Below, in pieces: positions 26,060 through 35,705 of a DNA stretch of 64,000 nt. The notes under the pieces were generated by a model, which saw only the letters and a program-made list of their open reading frames with translations, was not told where the DNA came from and made no database searches. The stretch is from Chloroflexota bacterium. Lineage in GTDB: Bacteria > Chloroflexota > Anaerolineae > B4-G1 > SLSP01. The position numbers were made by a program, and so were the translations under genes. The stretch covers positions 40,257 to 104,256 of the forward strand of contig JAIOAS010000001.1 of the NCBI GenBank assembly GCA_019873725.1, read 5' to 3'. The number at the start of each line of letters is the position of its first letter. Position 1 is the stretch's first letter.

Positions 26060-28255
26060 TTACGGACACGTTGTCGCCCCGAACGCTGCGCCACGGCTCA
26101 CCGCCACACAGGTGATGGCGTTGAAGATGCCCCCTGCGCCGACGAACTCCGTGTACTTGACGAGCGCGCGCTCCGGCTGCCCGGCCTGTGTGTTGACCAG
26201 CACGTGCGTGGGCGCTTCCAGGCGACTGTGGTAGACTTCGATCCAGCCGTCACTGAAGATCGCTTCGCTCGCCGCGATCTTAGCGGCATTGACGGTCAGG
26301 CGGCTATCGAGGTTTTCCACCTTGATGCCCATCGCGTTCGTCCCGCTGGCCGTATATGTGCCGCCGTAGAGCATCGTTTCGGCGGGAAACGGCGGATACG
26401 CAGACTGCGCCTTGACCATCAGGGCAGCGTTGATGACCGTCCCCCCGCTGGCCGTGGCGGTAACATTTTCCAGCGTGGCGCGTCCGGCGATGAATACTGT
26501 ATAACTGCTATGGGCCGTCCCACTGGTGGCCAGCGTGAGATTGTTCAACCAGACGTTGCTTTTACCGATGGGGACGAGGATGCTCACGCGGGTTTGTCCA
26601 CCGCTGCCAACGTTGGTCACCGTCAGGTCGCGCACGCTGGTGTTGCTGTCCAGGATCAGCGTGGCTTTGTCCACCGGACTGCCGTTGTCGTCGGTGATGG
26701 AGCCTTGCAGCACGGTCACATCGCGGCCTGCGCCTTGTAGATGCACGTAGGGCTTGAGCGTCACCGTCTCGGCGTAGACGCCGGGCGCGAGCCAGATCAG
26801 GTATGGGTTCGTGGCGCTGGCATCGGTGATACTGGCGACGGCGGCTTGCACGCTGGTGAAGTCCCCACCGCTGGCGGCGACGACCAGGGTGCGAGCGTAA
26901 CCCGGTGCAACGGGACTACCACAGCCCCACGTCGCGCCGTTCCATTGCGGCAGTTGTCCGGCAGTGCAGGTTTGCGGGAGTTGATAGGGGGCGGCTACGT
27001 TGAACTGTGTGCCGCTCAAGGCCAGTCCTGTTCCGGCGGTGTAAGTTGTGTTGTCGTCGGCCTCGCAGCTGACAGTGCCATCGGCATTGATGGCGCGGAT
27101 GCTACTCCCTACCGCGCACGTGCTGCTGACGCGGCGCTGCAGGTACGTGGTGTCGGCAGCGAGACTGATGCTACCCGTTGTTCCGCCACCGGTCAATCCG
27201 GTTCCGGCGGTGACGGCGGTAATGTCGCCGCCGCTGTCGTTATCCGCCGCGCATACCCAGGCCGTCCCATTCCAGGCGACGATCTGCCCGGCAATGCAGG
27301 CCTGCGGGAGACGATACTGGGCTGCCAGGTTGAGTTGTGTATCGGAGAGGGTCAGTCCGGTCCCAGCAGTGTAGGTGGTGTCGTTGTCCACGCCGTCAGC
27401 AAACCCTGCGGGTACACCGGTCAACCCTGACCACGGGGCGCCGGTGACGCTGAACGTTGTCCCGTCCAGGCTTAGCCCGAAACCGGCGCTGTAGGTTGTG
27501 TCGTTATCCACGCCGTCAGCGAAGTCGTCCGGGATATGGGTGAAGTTGCGCCAGTCCAGGTAGTAGTCTGCGCCCTGTCCGTTGAGGGTCTCCGCGTCAC
27601 CCGCAGTAAGGGCGTGGGTGACGGTGACGGTTAGCGTGTGTGTCGTGCTCAGCACGTCGATGACGCCGGTGGCGGTGAGATACCCGGCAGCTTGCACGGC
27701 GGATAGCGCATCGGCGTCGGTGTAGAGGGTGTCGTTGTCGATACCGTCGGCAAAACCGTCGGGAACGTGGGTGAGATTGCGCCAGTCGTGGTAGACCTCC
27801 GGCGCAGCCCCGCCCAACAGCGCCGTATCGTCGGCGGTTACAGCATGTTCAGCCTGGGACGCGCCCAGGGCATACGCCACGGCCCCCAACGGCTGGCGTG
27901 GGGTGAGCGTCTCGCCACCCACGGCGATCTCCAGGTAGGTGTCGCCGGTGAAGTGTGCCGCATCGAGGGGTATCTCTGTACCCAAGCGCAGCGCAAAGTA
28001 ACCGTCACGGACGGTCACGGTATGCGTTTCCGGCCCCCAGAGTTGTTGCCCGGCGCTTTCCGCGTCCCACAGGCTGAAGGCCATTGGGTATGCGCCGTCG
28101 GCCACCGGCAGGCCAGTAGCGTCCAGCAAGTGCCCCTGGTAGGTCAAGAGGCGGGAAGTCCCGGTCGGTGCAGGCGGTGCAGCTATAGCGCGCACGACGT
28201 TGGAAATGATGAGAATGCCCAATAGGGCCAGGGTCAGGATTCGTTTTGCTCGCAT
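26060..28255 (-). CDS. large secreted repeat protein (beta-helix/fibre-like), hypothetical
   Basis: Signal peptide MRAKRILTLALLGILIISNVVRAIA. Repeated motif DGFADGIDNDTLYT / DDFADGVDNDTTYSAG / AGFADGVDNDTTYTAGTGLTL / NTTYTAGTGLALSG. Confidence 0.5.
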   Translation of the reverse strand: MRAKRILTLALLGILIISNVVRAIAAPPAPTGTSRLLTYQGHLLDATGLPVADGAYPMAFSLWDAESAGQQLWGPETHTVTVRDGYFALRLGTEIPLDAAHFTGDTYLEIAVGGETLTPRQPLGAVAYALGASQAEHAVTADDTALLGGAAPEVYHDWRNLTHVPDGFADGIDNDTLYTDADALSAVQAAGYLTATGVIDVLSTTHTLTVTVTHALTAGDAETLNGQGADYYLDWRNFTHIPDDFADGVDNDTTYSAGFGLSLDGTTFSVTGAPWSGLTGVPAGFADGVDNDTTYTAGTGLTLSDTQLNLAAQYRLPQACIAGQIVAWNGTAWVCAADNDSGGDITAVTAGTGLTGGGTTGSISLAADTTYLQRRVSSTCAVGSSIRAINADGTVSCEADDNTTYTAGTGLALSGTQFNVAAPYQLPQTCTAGQLPQWNGATWGCGSPVAPGYARTLVVAASGGDFTSVQAAVASITDASATNPYLIWLAPGVYAETVTLKPYVHLQGAGRDVTVLQGSITDDNGSPVDKATLILDSNTSVRDLTVTNVGSGGQTRVSILVPIGKSNVWLNNLTLATSGTAHSSYTVFIAGRATLENVTATASGGTVINAALMVKAQSAYPPFPAETMLYGGTYTASGTNAMGIKVENLDSRLTVNAAKIAASEAIFSDGWIEVYHSRLEAPTHVLVNTQAGQPERALVKYTEFVGAGGIFNAITCVAVSRGAAFGATTCP

Positions 28256-28293
28256 TGTGTGTTGTCCTTTCCTTAGAGATGGATGTGTCACCG

Positions 28294-28716
28294 TTATTCA
28301 AATGCGCCCGGCGCGGGTGGACCGGGGTAGAATTGTTCCCAACGGGTGAACGCCCCGGCGGTGACTTCCGGCGCGGCTAAATCCCACAAGAGCAGGGCCG
28401 GAGCCTGGTAACGGGCGGTGGCCTGGATGCCGCGTTGTAACGTGAGGGAACTGATACTGGTATGTTCCCTGAAGTCCACGTTCGACCCCTGGATGAAGCG
28501 TGCGGCCCACGCCTGGCCGGCGTCCACGGCATTGGCCTTGCCCGCCCTCGTGGTGGCGTCCTGGGCGTAGGCGACGTTGTTGAGGCGTACCCAGTAGGCC
28601 CAGCCGACGCCAATGATCGCCCCGGTCAGGAACAGAAAGACCGGCAAGACCAGCAGCATCTCGATGAGGGCCTGGCCTTGTTCTTTTCGGGATTGTGGTA
28701 CCTGGTTTGTGGTCAT
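28294..28716 (-). CDS. TadE-like pseudopilin
   Basis: KEQGQALIEMLLVLPVFLFLTGAIIGVGW (the TadE N-terminal motif). Confidence 0.6.
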   Translation of the reverse strand: MTTNQVPQSRKEQGQALIEMLLVLPVFLFLTGAIIGVGWAYWVRLNNVAYAQDATTRAGKANAVDAGQAWAARFIQGSNVDFREHTSISSLTLQRGIQATARYQAPALLLWDLAAPEVTAGAFTRWEQFYPGPPAPGAFE

Positions 28717-28791
28717 CGATGTGATTCCTTTCAGGCCGGGGAAGGCGTGCATCCCGCCTTGCGAGATGCGTTACCCTCCCCGGCACACACC

Positions 28792-29076
28792 TTACGGCGC
28801 GGTGATGGTCAAGGCGTTGACGCTGGTGGTCGCCTGGCCGTACTTGCCACGGATGGCGCGGTACAGCGCCAACACCGCGGCGGCGACGACGAAGACGCCG
28901 GCGATGCCGATGATGTACTCCAGCAAGCCCTGCCCTTCCTCGCGGGCCAATGCTTGCTTCACCCGGCCACGCTGCAAGGCGCTGAGCCGCCGCACGACGG
29001 GATGCGCCGCGAGGCGTTGGCTAACCCGCAGGTAGGCCAGGATCACAGTATTTTGTGTGCGTTGCACGATGTTCAT
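28792..29076 (-). CDS. flp: Flp/Fap-family pilin
   Basis: EEGQGLLEYIIGIAGVFVVAAAVLALY matches the Flp motif (G-x4-EY plus a hydrophobic helix). Start placed at MNIVQRTQ. Confidence 0.6.
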   Translation of the reverse strand: MNIVQRTQNTVILAYLRVSQRLAAHPVVRRLSALQRGRVKQALAREEGQGLLEYIIGIAGVFVVAAAVLALYRAIRGKYGQATTSVNALTITAP

Positions 29077-29247
29077 AGGCTTATCTTTCCTCCTTGTGAC
29101 TGAAACTGTTTTGGCTGAACTATGAATAGCTTCGGTTAGTGGGGACACAGTGGGACTCACTGCGCCCCCCGGTAAGGTGCGGGACTGTTATGGTTACTTG
29201 TCGTCATTCAATAGGCATCACCTCCTTTCGTGCCGGGGACAACCAAC

Positions 29248-30156
29248 TCACAGAAAGCCGCCCGTCCCCAGGCTGGCAAAGGCGCGCAATGCGCCGGGCG
29301 TGGCCAACACCAACAGCGTGGCGAGGATAGCGAAGAAGGCCGGGACGATCATCAAGACCGTGTTGCGATAGCCTCGTGCCGTGATGCGCTGGGTCAACTC
29401 CGCCCGTAGCTCCGCGGCCAACGACCGCAATGCCTCGCTCACCCCGCCACCCAAGCGCGCTGCTGTGCGCAGCAGCGTCACGAACGGGATCAGCGGCGGC
29501 AGGTTGCCGTTGTTTTCCAGCAAGGCTTCCACCCCCGCCGCCAGATCGCCGCTGACGTTGTAGTGCGCGGCGACGTAGCGCAGTTCGGCCACGAACACCC
29601 CACCGGGGCGCTCCGCCAACTGCTGCACCGCCTGGGCCAGGGGATACCCCGCTGCCAGGAAGTTCGCCAGCCGATCCAACGCCGAGGCCATATCGGCGAG
29701 CATTTGGTCGTCGCGGCGCGCGACCTTGCCCTTCAAGTCCATATCGGGCAAGAAGAAGCCGAGTACCCCGGTCGCCGCAGCGACGGCAAAGCTCGTCGCG
29801 GGACTGAAACCGCCCAACGAAGCCAGAAGGAGTCCCGCGCCCAAGCCTAGCACCGCCAACAGGGTGGCGCTGGCGACCTTGCAGGCGTAGAAGGTGCGTC
29901 CATCGGGATACGGCGCCCCAACGTGTTGCCAGAACCCCGCCTGCTTGAGTTGGGTTTCGACATCGGCAGCATTGCGGTTACGCAACAACGTCTCCGCCCA
30001 CGTCCCGAACAAGCGATCCACCAGGGGCCGCCGCGCCTGCACCTGTTCCAGGCCCAGGCGCACCCGCAAGGTACGCGGAGCGCGGCGTTGGCCGGCATTG
30101 AGCGCCAGGAACGTGCCCAGACCACCCAGGAAGGCAAACCATAGACTGTAGTTCAT
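29248..30156 (-). CDS. tadC: TadC-like (T2SS F-domain inner-membrane platform protein)
   Basis: ~300-aa polytopic protein with a GspF-like organisation, adjacent to tadB. 4-nt overlap with tadB. Confidence 0.65.
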   Translation of the reverse strand: MNYSLWFAFLGGLGTFLALNAGQRRAPRTLRVRLGLEQVQARRPLVDRLFGTWAETLLRNRNAADVETQLKQAGFWQHVGAPYPDGRTFYACKVASATLLAVLGLGAGLLLASLGGFSPATSFAVAAATGVLGFFLPDMDLKGKVARRDDQMLADMASALDRLANFLAAGYPLAQAVQQLAERPGGVFVAELRYVAAHYNVSGDLAAGVEALLENNGNLPPLIPFVTLLRTAARLGGGVSEALRSLAAELRAELTQRITARGYRNTVLMIVPAFFAILATLLVLATPGALRAFASLGTGGFL

Positions 30157-31037
30157 CGAGTCACCCCTTGGGCTTCCAGGTCGAGTCCGGCCTTGGCGAT
30201 CTTCTGCGAGAGCAGGTAGGCCACCCCGGAGAAGACAATCGCCACCGCCAGCACGATCTGCCCGTCAAGGGTGGCGTAGAAGCCGCCTTCGTAGTCGCGC
30301 AAGGCCAGTTTGAGCAAGGCCAGAAACACGAACGGCGCAATGGCCACAATCGTGCCTTCCAGTTTGGGCTGTGTCTGCCGGGCGCGGACTTCGTTCTGGA
30401 TCTGGATCACCCCGCGCAGCAGGCTTTGCAGTCCTTCGAGCACGGTCTTGAGCTTGCCACCCTGTTGTTCACGCACCGCCAGCGCCTCGGCCAGCATATC
30501 GAAGTAGGGATTGTGACGGCGTTCGGCCACCTGGTAGATGGCGTCGCTCAGCGTCGCGCGAGTCTGCAAGGATGTGACGACTTGCACGAAGTCGCCGCGC
30601 ACCGGCTCACGCATATACGGCGTGGCCTCCTGCAAGGCGGCGGTCAGGTTGGGATTGGCGCTGTAAGCCCGCAGCAGCGTCTCGATGGCCTGGCTGAGGG
30701 CGTTGACGTACTCGCGCTTGAAGCGTTCTTGCCTGGCTGCCCACACCTGCCAGTAGATGACGGGGCCGAGGCAGATGACGACCCCGGCCAGAATCGTCGG
30801 CCCCAGGATGACCAACGCGCCCCCGGCCAATGCTGCGCCGATCCCCAGGCCGGTGAGCAGGAACTCGCGGGCCGACAAGGGGATGTCGGCGGCTTGCAAG
30901 CGCGTGTTGAGTTGCGCCAGCAGTCCGCGTTGGTCGGCGGGCACGACGCGCACGTAAGCCCGTGTGGTCGCCCCGATCCAGGCCAGGAGCACCCCGGCGG
31001 CGGCCAGGGCGGCGAAAAGTAAGGTCGGTGTATTCAC
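30153..31037 (-). CDS. tadB: TadB-like (T2SS F-domain platform protein)
   Basis: ~294-aa polytopic protein upstream of tadC, in a canonical tad arrangement. Confidence 0.65.
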   Translation of the reverse strand: MNTPTLLFAALAAAGVLLAWIGATTRAYVRVVPADQRGLLAQLNTRLQAADIPLSAREFLLTGLGIGAALAGGALVILGPTILAGVVICLGPVIYWQVWAARQERFKREYVNALSQAIETLLRAYSANPNLTAALQEATPYMREPVRGDFVQVVTSLQTRATLSDAIYQVAERRHNPYFDMLAEALAVREQQGGKLKTVLEGLQSLLRGVIQIQNEVRARQTQPKLEGTIVAIAPFVFLALLKLALRDYEGGFYATLDGQIVLAVAIVFSGVAYLLSQKIAKAGLDLEAQGVTR

Positions 31038-31081
31038 TAGACAAGTCCTCCTTTAAGTTACTCGTTGCTTGTTGCTGGAAG

Positions 31082-31690
31082 CTAGAAGCTCGTTGCTGAC
31101 AGCCCGAAGCTGACCGCTGAAGGCTGATAGCTGACGGCTATGTAAAGCATTGTGCCCACCGCCAACCACGGGATGGCAGGGAAGGTGCGGCGGTTGCCGA
31201 TGCGGCGTTCGCCACTGCGCGGGTGTTGCCAGAGCAAGGTCACGACACCGCCCACAAGCAAGGCTGCACCCAAAGCGGCCACGAGGCGTACATCGGGATA
31301 CAGCGCCGTCAGCACGGCCAGCACCTTGCCATCCGCCGCGCCCCAGAGACCTACGTCGGTGAGTACCAGGGCTGCGATCCAACTGCCCACCAGGACTTGC
31401 GCCTGCTCCCCGGAGAGTCCGGCGCAGAACGCGGCGGCCCCGGCAGGGAAGACGGCTGCCGGCGTGTCGGACAGCAGGAACATCAACAGCGCAGAGCCTA
31501 CGGCGACGCCACCCGGTACAACCGCGCCATCCGGTGGGATGACCAGGGTGCGCAGCAATCCCAACACTGCCAGCGGCAAGGCCGTCGCCCAGGCCGGGAC
31601 ATTGTGCGTCCGCAAATCACCGTAGCTCAGCCCGGCCAGCCAGAGGCCGAGCAGGGCGGGCACGAGTGTGACAGCGGTTGTACCTTGACT
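31082..31690 (-). CDS. A24-family prepilin peptidase (CpaA/TadV-like)
   Basis: GDLRTHNVPAW and AADGKVLAVL carry the two catalytic Asp contexts of CpaA-type peptidases. Polytopic. The track ORF is over-extended at its N-terminus, so the start is uncertain. Confidence 0.5.
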   Translation of the reverse strand, partial: SQGTTAVTLVPALLGLWLAGLSYGDLRTHNVPAWATALPLAVLGLLRTLVIPPDGAVVPGGVAVGSALLMFLLSDTPAAVFPAGAAAFCAGLSGEQAQVLVGSWIAALVLTDVGLWGAADGKVLAVLTALYPDVRLVAALGAALLVGGVVTLLWQHPRSGERRIGNRRTFPAIPWLAVGTMLYIAVSYQPSAVSFGLSATSF

Positions 31691-31826
31691 CACTACACAG
31701 CTCCCAGCGGCGCGCACATCGCGGCACACGCCACGAATACTACGAGGCAGACCAGGATCAGCCCCACGACCAGCACCATACTGACCTCGGCTTCGGCTTG
31801 TGTTCCCCATAGAAAACGCATCGTCC

Positions 31827-33164
31827 TCACCCCCGTTTGCAGTAGCGGTGCAGGTTGACCTGCTGCCCGGTGCGCAGGTAGATGCTCTCTTCCAACGTCT
31901 GCGGATACAGACCCGTCCACTGCAAGCCGTTGCCGGTGTCCTGCCACAGCACGTTGATCGCCGGGATGTCGCCTTCCATCTGACGCGACGGCAACAATTC
32001 AGCCACCTCGCGCACAATGCGGCGACGTTGCCCGTTGACCGTGACGCGCTCGATATAGAGCACCAGGTCGAAGGCGTCCACCAGATAGCGGGTGATGACG
32101 CCGGGGGCCATCGCGGAATCGGCCAGTTGCCACATCTGCACCACACGGTTGGCGATCTCGTGAACGCCGTTGGAGTGCAGGGTCAGCAGTTGCCCGTCGT
32201 GGCCGGTGTTGGCGGCCATCAGCACAGAGCGAATCTCCGCCCCGCGCGCCTCACCGGTGACGATGCGGTCCGGGCGCATCCGCAAGGCATTGATCACCAG
32301 GTCGTCCAACGTGATCGGGCGCTGCCCTTCCCCGGTTTCTTCCGTGGTGACCATCGCAATCCAGTTGTCGAGACCTAATTGCAACTCCGGCGTGTCCTCC
32401 ACGGTGATCACCCGTTCTTCCGGTGGCAGTACTGAGCACAACGCATTGAGCGTATTGGTCTTGCCCGATCCCGTTCCACCGGCGACAATGAGGTTGAGAC
32501 GGCCCAAAACACAGTCACGCAAGAAGCCCGCGCTGTCGGCGGTGAGCGTTCCCAGCCGTACCAGGTCATCCAGCGTGCGGGCGACCAGGCGATGGCGGCG
32601 GATGGTCACCGCGACAGGCACGTTGTCTACCAGCGGTTCCATCACCGCGTTGAGGCGGCTGCCGTCGCTCATCTTGGCGTTGACCCGTGGATTGGAGCGG
32701 TCGAAGCGCCGCCCGTGCCGCGCCGCCACACGGTCCACCAGCTTCTGCACCTCGCGGGCGCTCTCGAAGCGCACGCTGGCGCGGTACATCCCGCGTTCGG
32801 CATCGTCTACCCAGATCACGTCCGGGCCGTTGATCATAATCTCTTCCACGGTGGGCATATTGAGATACGGGGTAATGACGCCGTAGCCGAAGATGTCGTA
32901 CTGCAAGCGCACCACCAGGTCTTCCAAAGACTCGGCAAAGGGCCGTCCGTGTTGCAGCGCAGCGTTCGCGTGTTCCTCGACCAGGGCGCGCAGCAGCATT
33001 TCGGCCTCGCGTTCGACAGCGGCGGTGGGCGCGCGCAAGGCTTCCAGGCTGAACTGCCCGGTCAGGCGGTCACGGGCGGCGGCGAGTAAGCCGGTGTAGG
33101 GATCGGGGTACTCCGCAGTCGCGTGCGCGGCGACCCGTTGGGCAAAGGTCGATGGCGCTGCCAT
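31827..33164 (-). CDS. cpaF: CpaF/TadA secretion ATPase
   Basis: Walker A VIAGGTGSGKTNTLNAL and a typical CpaF length and context. Start at MAAPSTFAQRV, overlapping the upstream stop (ATGA). Confidence 0.85.
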   Translation of the reverse strand: MAAPSTFAQRVAAHATAEYPDPYTGLLAAARDRLTGQFSLEALRAPTAAVEREAEMLLRALVEEHANAALQHGRPFAESLEDLVVRLQYDIFGYGVITPYLNMPTVEEIMINGPDVIWVDDAERGMYRASVRFESAREVQKLVDRVAARHGRRFDRSNPRVNAKMSDGSRLNAVMEPLVDNVPVAVTIRRHRLVARTLDDLVRLGTLTADSAGFLRDCVLGRLNLIVAGGTGSGKTNTLNALCSVLPPEERVITVEDTPELQLGLDNWIAMVTTEETGEGQRPITLDDLVINALRMRPDRIVTGEARGAEIRSVLMAANTGHDGQLLTLHSNGVHEIANRVVQMWQLADSAMAPGVITRYLVDAFDLVLYIERVTVNGQRRRIVREVAELLPSRQMEGDIPAINVLWQDTGNGLQWTGLYPQTLEESIYLRTGQQVNLHRYCKRG

Positions 33165-33961
33165 CAGGCCACCTCCGGTGCCGCAGCCTGGGCTTCCCGT
33201 GTGGGGCCGAATGTCCATTCCAGCGTCCGTCCGGTGATGGCCAAGACCGCGAGCGTTGTTTCCCAATCGATCAGCGCTTCGTGTTGGCCGGGGTACAGTA
33301 TCCCGGTCCAGCGCGCCTGCTTGTGGGCGACGTCGTGGTAGACGACGTAGCCGGCGTACAGCGGCGCGCGGCGCACGATGTCGCGCACATTGGCCTCGCT
33401 CCAGTGTCCGCCATTGGGACTGCCGATGCCGCGCCGGTTCAGGTCGGCGGCGATTTCGCGTGGTGACACCCCCTCGATGAACTGCGCGAAGATGTCGGTC
33501 ACGACAGCGGCTTGCTGTTCGTCGCGTACCAGGCTGGGCCCGGTCAGGGCCTGACCATCGGTGGTCTTGACCGTGATAGCCGAGCCGAAAACGTAGCCGT
33601 AGGGCGCTGTGCTACCGTTATGCAGGCCGTACTGTGCCCATAACTGTTTGTTGCTGCCCCTTGCCTGTTCTCGTCCGGCCTCGGCCACGGCTTGGGCTTG
33701 CGCAGCAGGGACAACGGGGCTGTCGGGGACGTAAACGCCACCTTCCCACGCCACGCCCAATTCCTGTTCCAACTCCTCCTGCGTCCGCAGCGCCACACGC
33801 CAGGTAACGTTGGCCTTGCCCATTTGCTCGCGGATATGCCTGGGGGTATACCCCTTGCGTTTCAGCGCCAGTGCCCGGCGCAACATCCCGGTGCGGCGCT
33901 CCGACTCCCCAATGCGCCGCGCGTGCTCTCCCTCACGTTCCAAAAAGATACTTTCCTTCAT
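33164..33961 (-). CDS. serine-recombinase 'Recombinase'-domain protein lacking the catalytic resolvase domain (remnant or domesticated)
   Basis: PYGYVFGS...VVTDIFAQFIEGVSPREIAADLNRRGIGSPNGGHWSEANVRDIVRRAPLYAGYVVY matches the Recombinase (PF07508-type) domain. The N-terminal 120 aa have no S-x-x-Q catalytic motif. Translationally coupled to cpaF. Confidence 0.5.
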   Translation of the reverse strand: MKESIFLEREGEHARRIGESERRTGMLRRALALKRKGYTPRHIREQMGKANVTWRVALRTQEELEQELGVAWEGGVYVPDSPVVPAAQAQAVAEAGREQARGSNKQLWAQYGLHNGSTAPYGYVFGSAITVKTTDGQALTGPSLVRDEQQAAVVTDIFAQFIEGVSPREIAADLNRRGIGSPNGGHWSEANVRDIVRRAPLYAGYVVYHDVAHKQARWTGILYPGQHEALIDWETTLAVLAITGRTLEWTFGPTREAQAAAPEVA

Positions 33962-33974
33962 TGTTCCTCTCTCC

Positions 33975-34125
33975 TTTGCTTGTTACTGGTTGCTGGATAC
34001 TGGATGCTGGATTTAGCAGTGAGCTTCCAGTTTCGAGCATCAAGCTTCCAGCCTCTTGCTTCCTGCATCTTGCCTCTTGCATCCTGCTTCCTGCCTCCTG
34101 CCTCCTGCATCCTGCCTCTTGCCTC
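33975..34125. repeat. heptamer-periodic tandem repeat (CTTGCNT/CCTGCNT units)
   Basis: cttgcttcctgcatcttgcctcttgcatcctgcttcctgcctcctgcctcctgcatcctgcctcttgcc. Confidence 0.8.
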
Positions 34126-35491
34126 ATCTGCCGACGAACACGCTCTGTACCTGTTGCCACAGCCCCGGCTCTTTGCGGCGTTCGGGCTGCTTGAACGCGG
34201 TCGTCTCCCCTTCGATCCGCCCGCCACGGCTAACCCAGGTGTTAGCTAACGGCGGATAAAAGCGTACCGCCATCGACACAATCGCGTCCGAGGTGGGATT
34301 GGGCTTTTCCAGCACGAAGGGCGTCTGGTGGTTGTTGCTGTAGGTGAACTGTGGGTCGTAGGGCACTTGGGCGAACTTCTTCATCCCAATGGTGCTGATC
34401 ACGTCCTTCAGCTTGAGGCCCGCCTCGGTACTCCACTGGTTGATGACCAACTCGAACTTGCCGATGTCCTCCCCAAAGGTCTGCTTCAGGCGCGGCACAG
34501 TCTGACCCGTGGAGTGCATATCGGCCACATCGGGCCGCACCACGGTGAGCACCAGGTCGGCGGCATCCAGTGCGGCAAAATGCACGTCGTTGTTGATGTC
34601 TGGCCCCAGGTCGATGATCACGAAGTCATACAGCTTACGCGCGGTGTCGATGATGGCGCGGGTCAGTACCTGTGTGCGCTGCGGGTCTTCGCGGAACTCC
34701 GCCCGGCCTGCGACCTCCATTGAGGCGATACCGCTCAGGCAGCGCAGCTTCGAGGCCAGCCTGGTGTGCCACAGTTGCACTTTCGTCTGGAGCATCTGCG
34801 GTGGGCAACTGGCGTTCCTGGTGCGCAGATAGTCCAGTAGCACAGCATTGATCAGACCATAGATGTTGTTCGCCGTGGACAGACCCAGGCGGGGGGCGAC
34901 TGCACCGCGGGTCATATCCAGGTCCATCAACAGCGTGTCGCGCCGGGCGAGGACACCTAAGGCGGCCGCGAGATTGATCGCCAGGCTGGTCTTGCCTACC
35001 CCGCCGCCCGTGCCCCACAGGGCGATGACCATGCGTCGCCACCCGGCCTCGGCCAGGGTGTAGAGCGTGGGCGTATCCAGGGCGACGTAGCTGCTGTTGG
35101 CGCGTTCGGCCCTGGCCTGGGTGACGGCCTCGGGGATCAGTTCCAGCAAGCGCCGCAACTGCGCGTCATCGAGGGGCAGCGAGATGTGGCCTTTCATCCC
35201 CAGGGCCAGCAGTTCGTCGGTGCGCGATTCCAGCGGGGGCAGCAGCCCAATACAAGCAATGGGGCGTTCCTCGTAGTGCAGCAGTTCACTGACCAGTTCT
35301 GAGCGGAAGCCGGGCAAAGCAGGCGAGAGCAGGACGACGTCAGCTTCCATTTCGGTGGCGTCGTTGAATACGCCCGATGCTGTGGTCGGCCCGGCGACGA
35401 TCTGCATTTCCGGTATCTCGGACAGTGCCCGTTCCAGCCGTTGGGCGTCGTCCCACACTTTGGTGCCAATGACGATTTTGATGGGTTCCAT
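34124..35491 (-). CDS. cpaE: CpaE/TadZ-like (receiver-like N-domain plus MinD/ParA ATPase)
   Basis: Deviant Walker A ALWGTGGGVGKTSLAINLA. N-terminal receiver-like domain. Start placed at MEPIKIVIG. Confidence 0.7.
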   Translation of the reverse strand: MEPIKIVIGTKVWDDAQRLERALSEIPEMQIVAGPTTASGVFNDATEMEADVVLLSPALPGFRSELVSELLHYEERPIACIGLLPPLESRTDELLALGMKGHISLPLDDAQLRRLLELIPEAVTQARAERANSSYVALDTPTLYTLAEAGWRRMVIALWGTGGGVGKTSLAINLAAALGVLARRDTLLMDLDMTRGAVAPRLGLSTANNIYGLINAVLLDYLRTRNASCPPQMLQTKVQLWHTRLASKLRCLSGIASMEVAGRAEFREDPQRTQVLTRAIIDTARKLYDFVIIDLGPDINNDVHFAALDAADLVLTVVRPDVADMHSTGQTVPRLKQTFGEDIGKFELVINQWSTEAGLKLKDVISTIGMKKFAQVPYDPQFTYSNNHQTPFVLEKPNPTSDAIVSMAVRFYPPLANTWVSRGGRIEGETTAFKQPERRKEPGLWQQVQSVFVGR

Positions 35492-35504
35492 ATTCTCCTC
35501 CTGG

Positions 35505-35705
35505 TAGACGGTAGACAGAGCGCCAGAGGACTGGCGACGACGGTAGACGGGGTGGGGATAAGGGAGAGGGGCGAAAGGGTGAAAACCCGCCCTATACCCG
35601 ACTGTTCGTCTCTCCCACTCACCCATTCACCCACTCTCGCTATCTCCCTATTACCGTGTCTCCGTTTCCCCCTGTCTACCGTCTACCGTATTCCGTCTAC
35701 CGTTC
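35505..35705. repeat. heptamer repeats (GACGGTA / CTACCGT units)
   Basis: gacggtagacagagcg...gacgacggtagacgggg at 35505-35550, and ctaccgtctaccgtattccgtctaccgtt at 35678-35705. Confidence 0.7.

Noticed and set aside
31693-31947. Possible second small Flp-like pilin (MRFLWGTQAEAEVSMVLVVGLILVCLVVFVACAAM)
   Set aside because: It lacks the Flp G-x4-EY motif. It could be a small membrane peptide, but there is insufficient evidence to call it.
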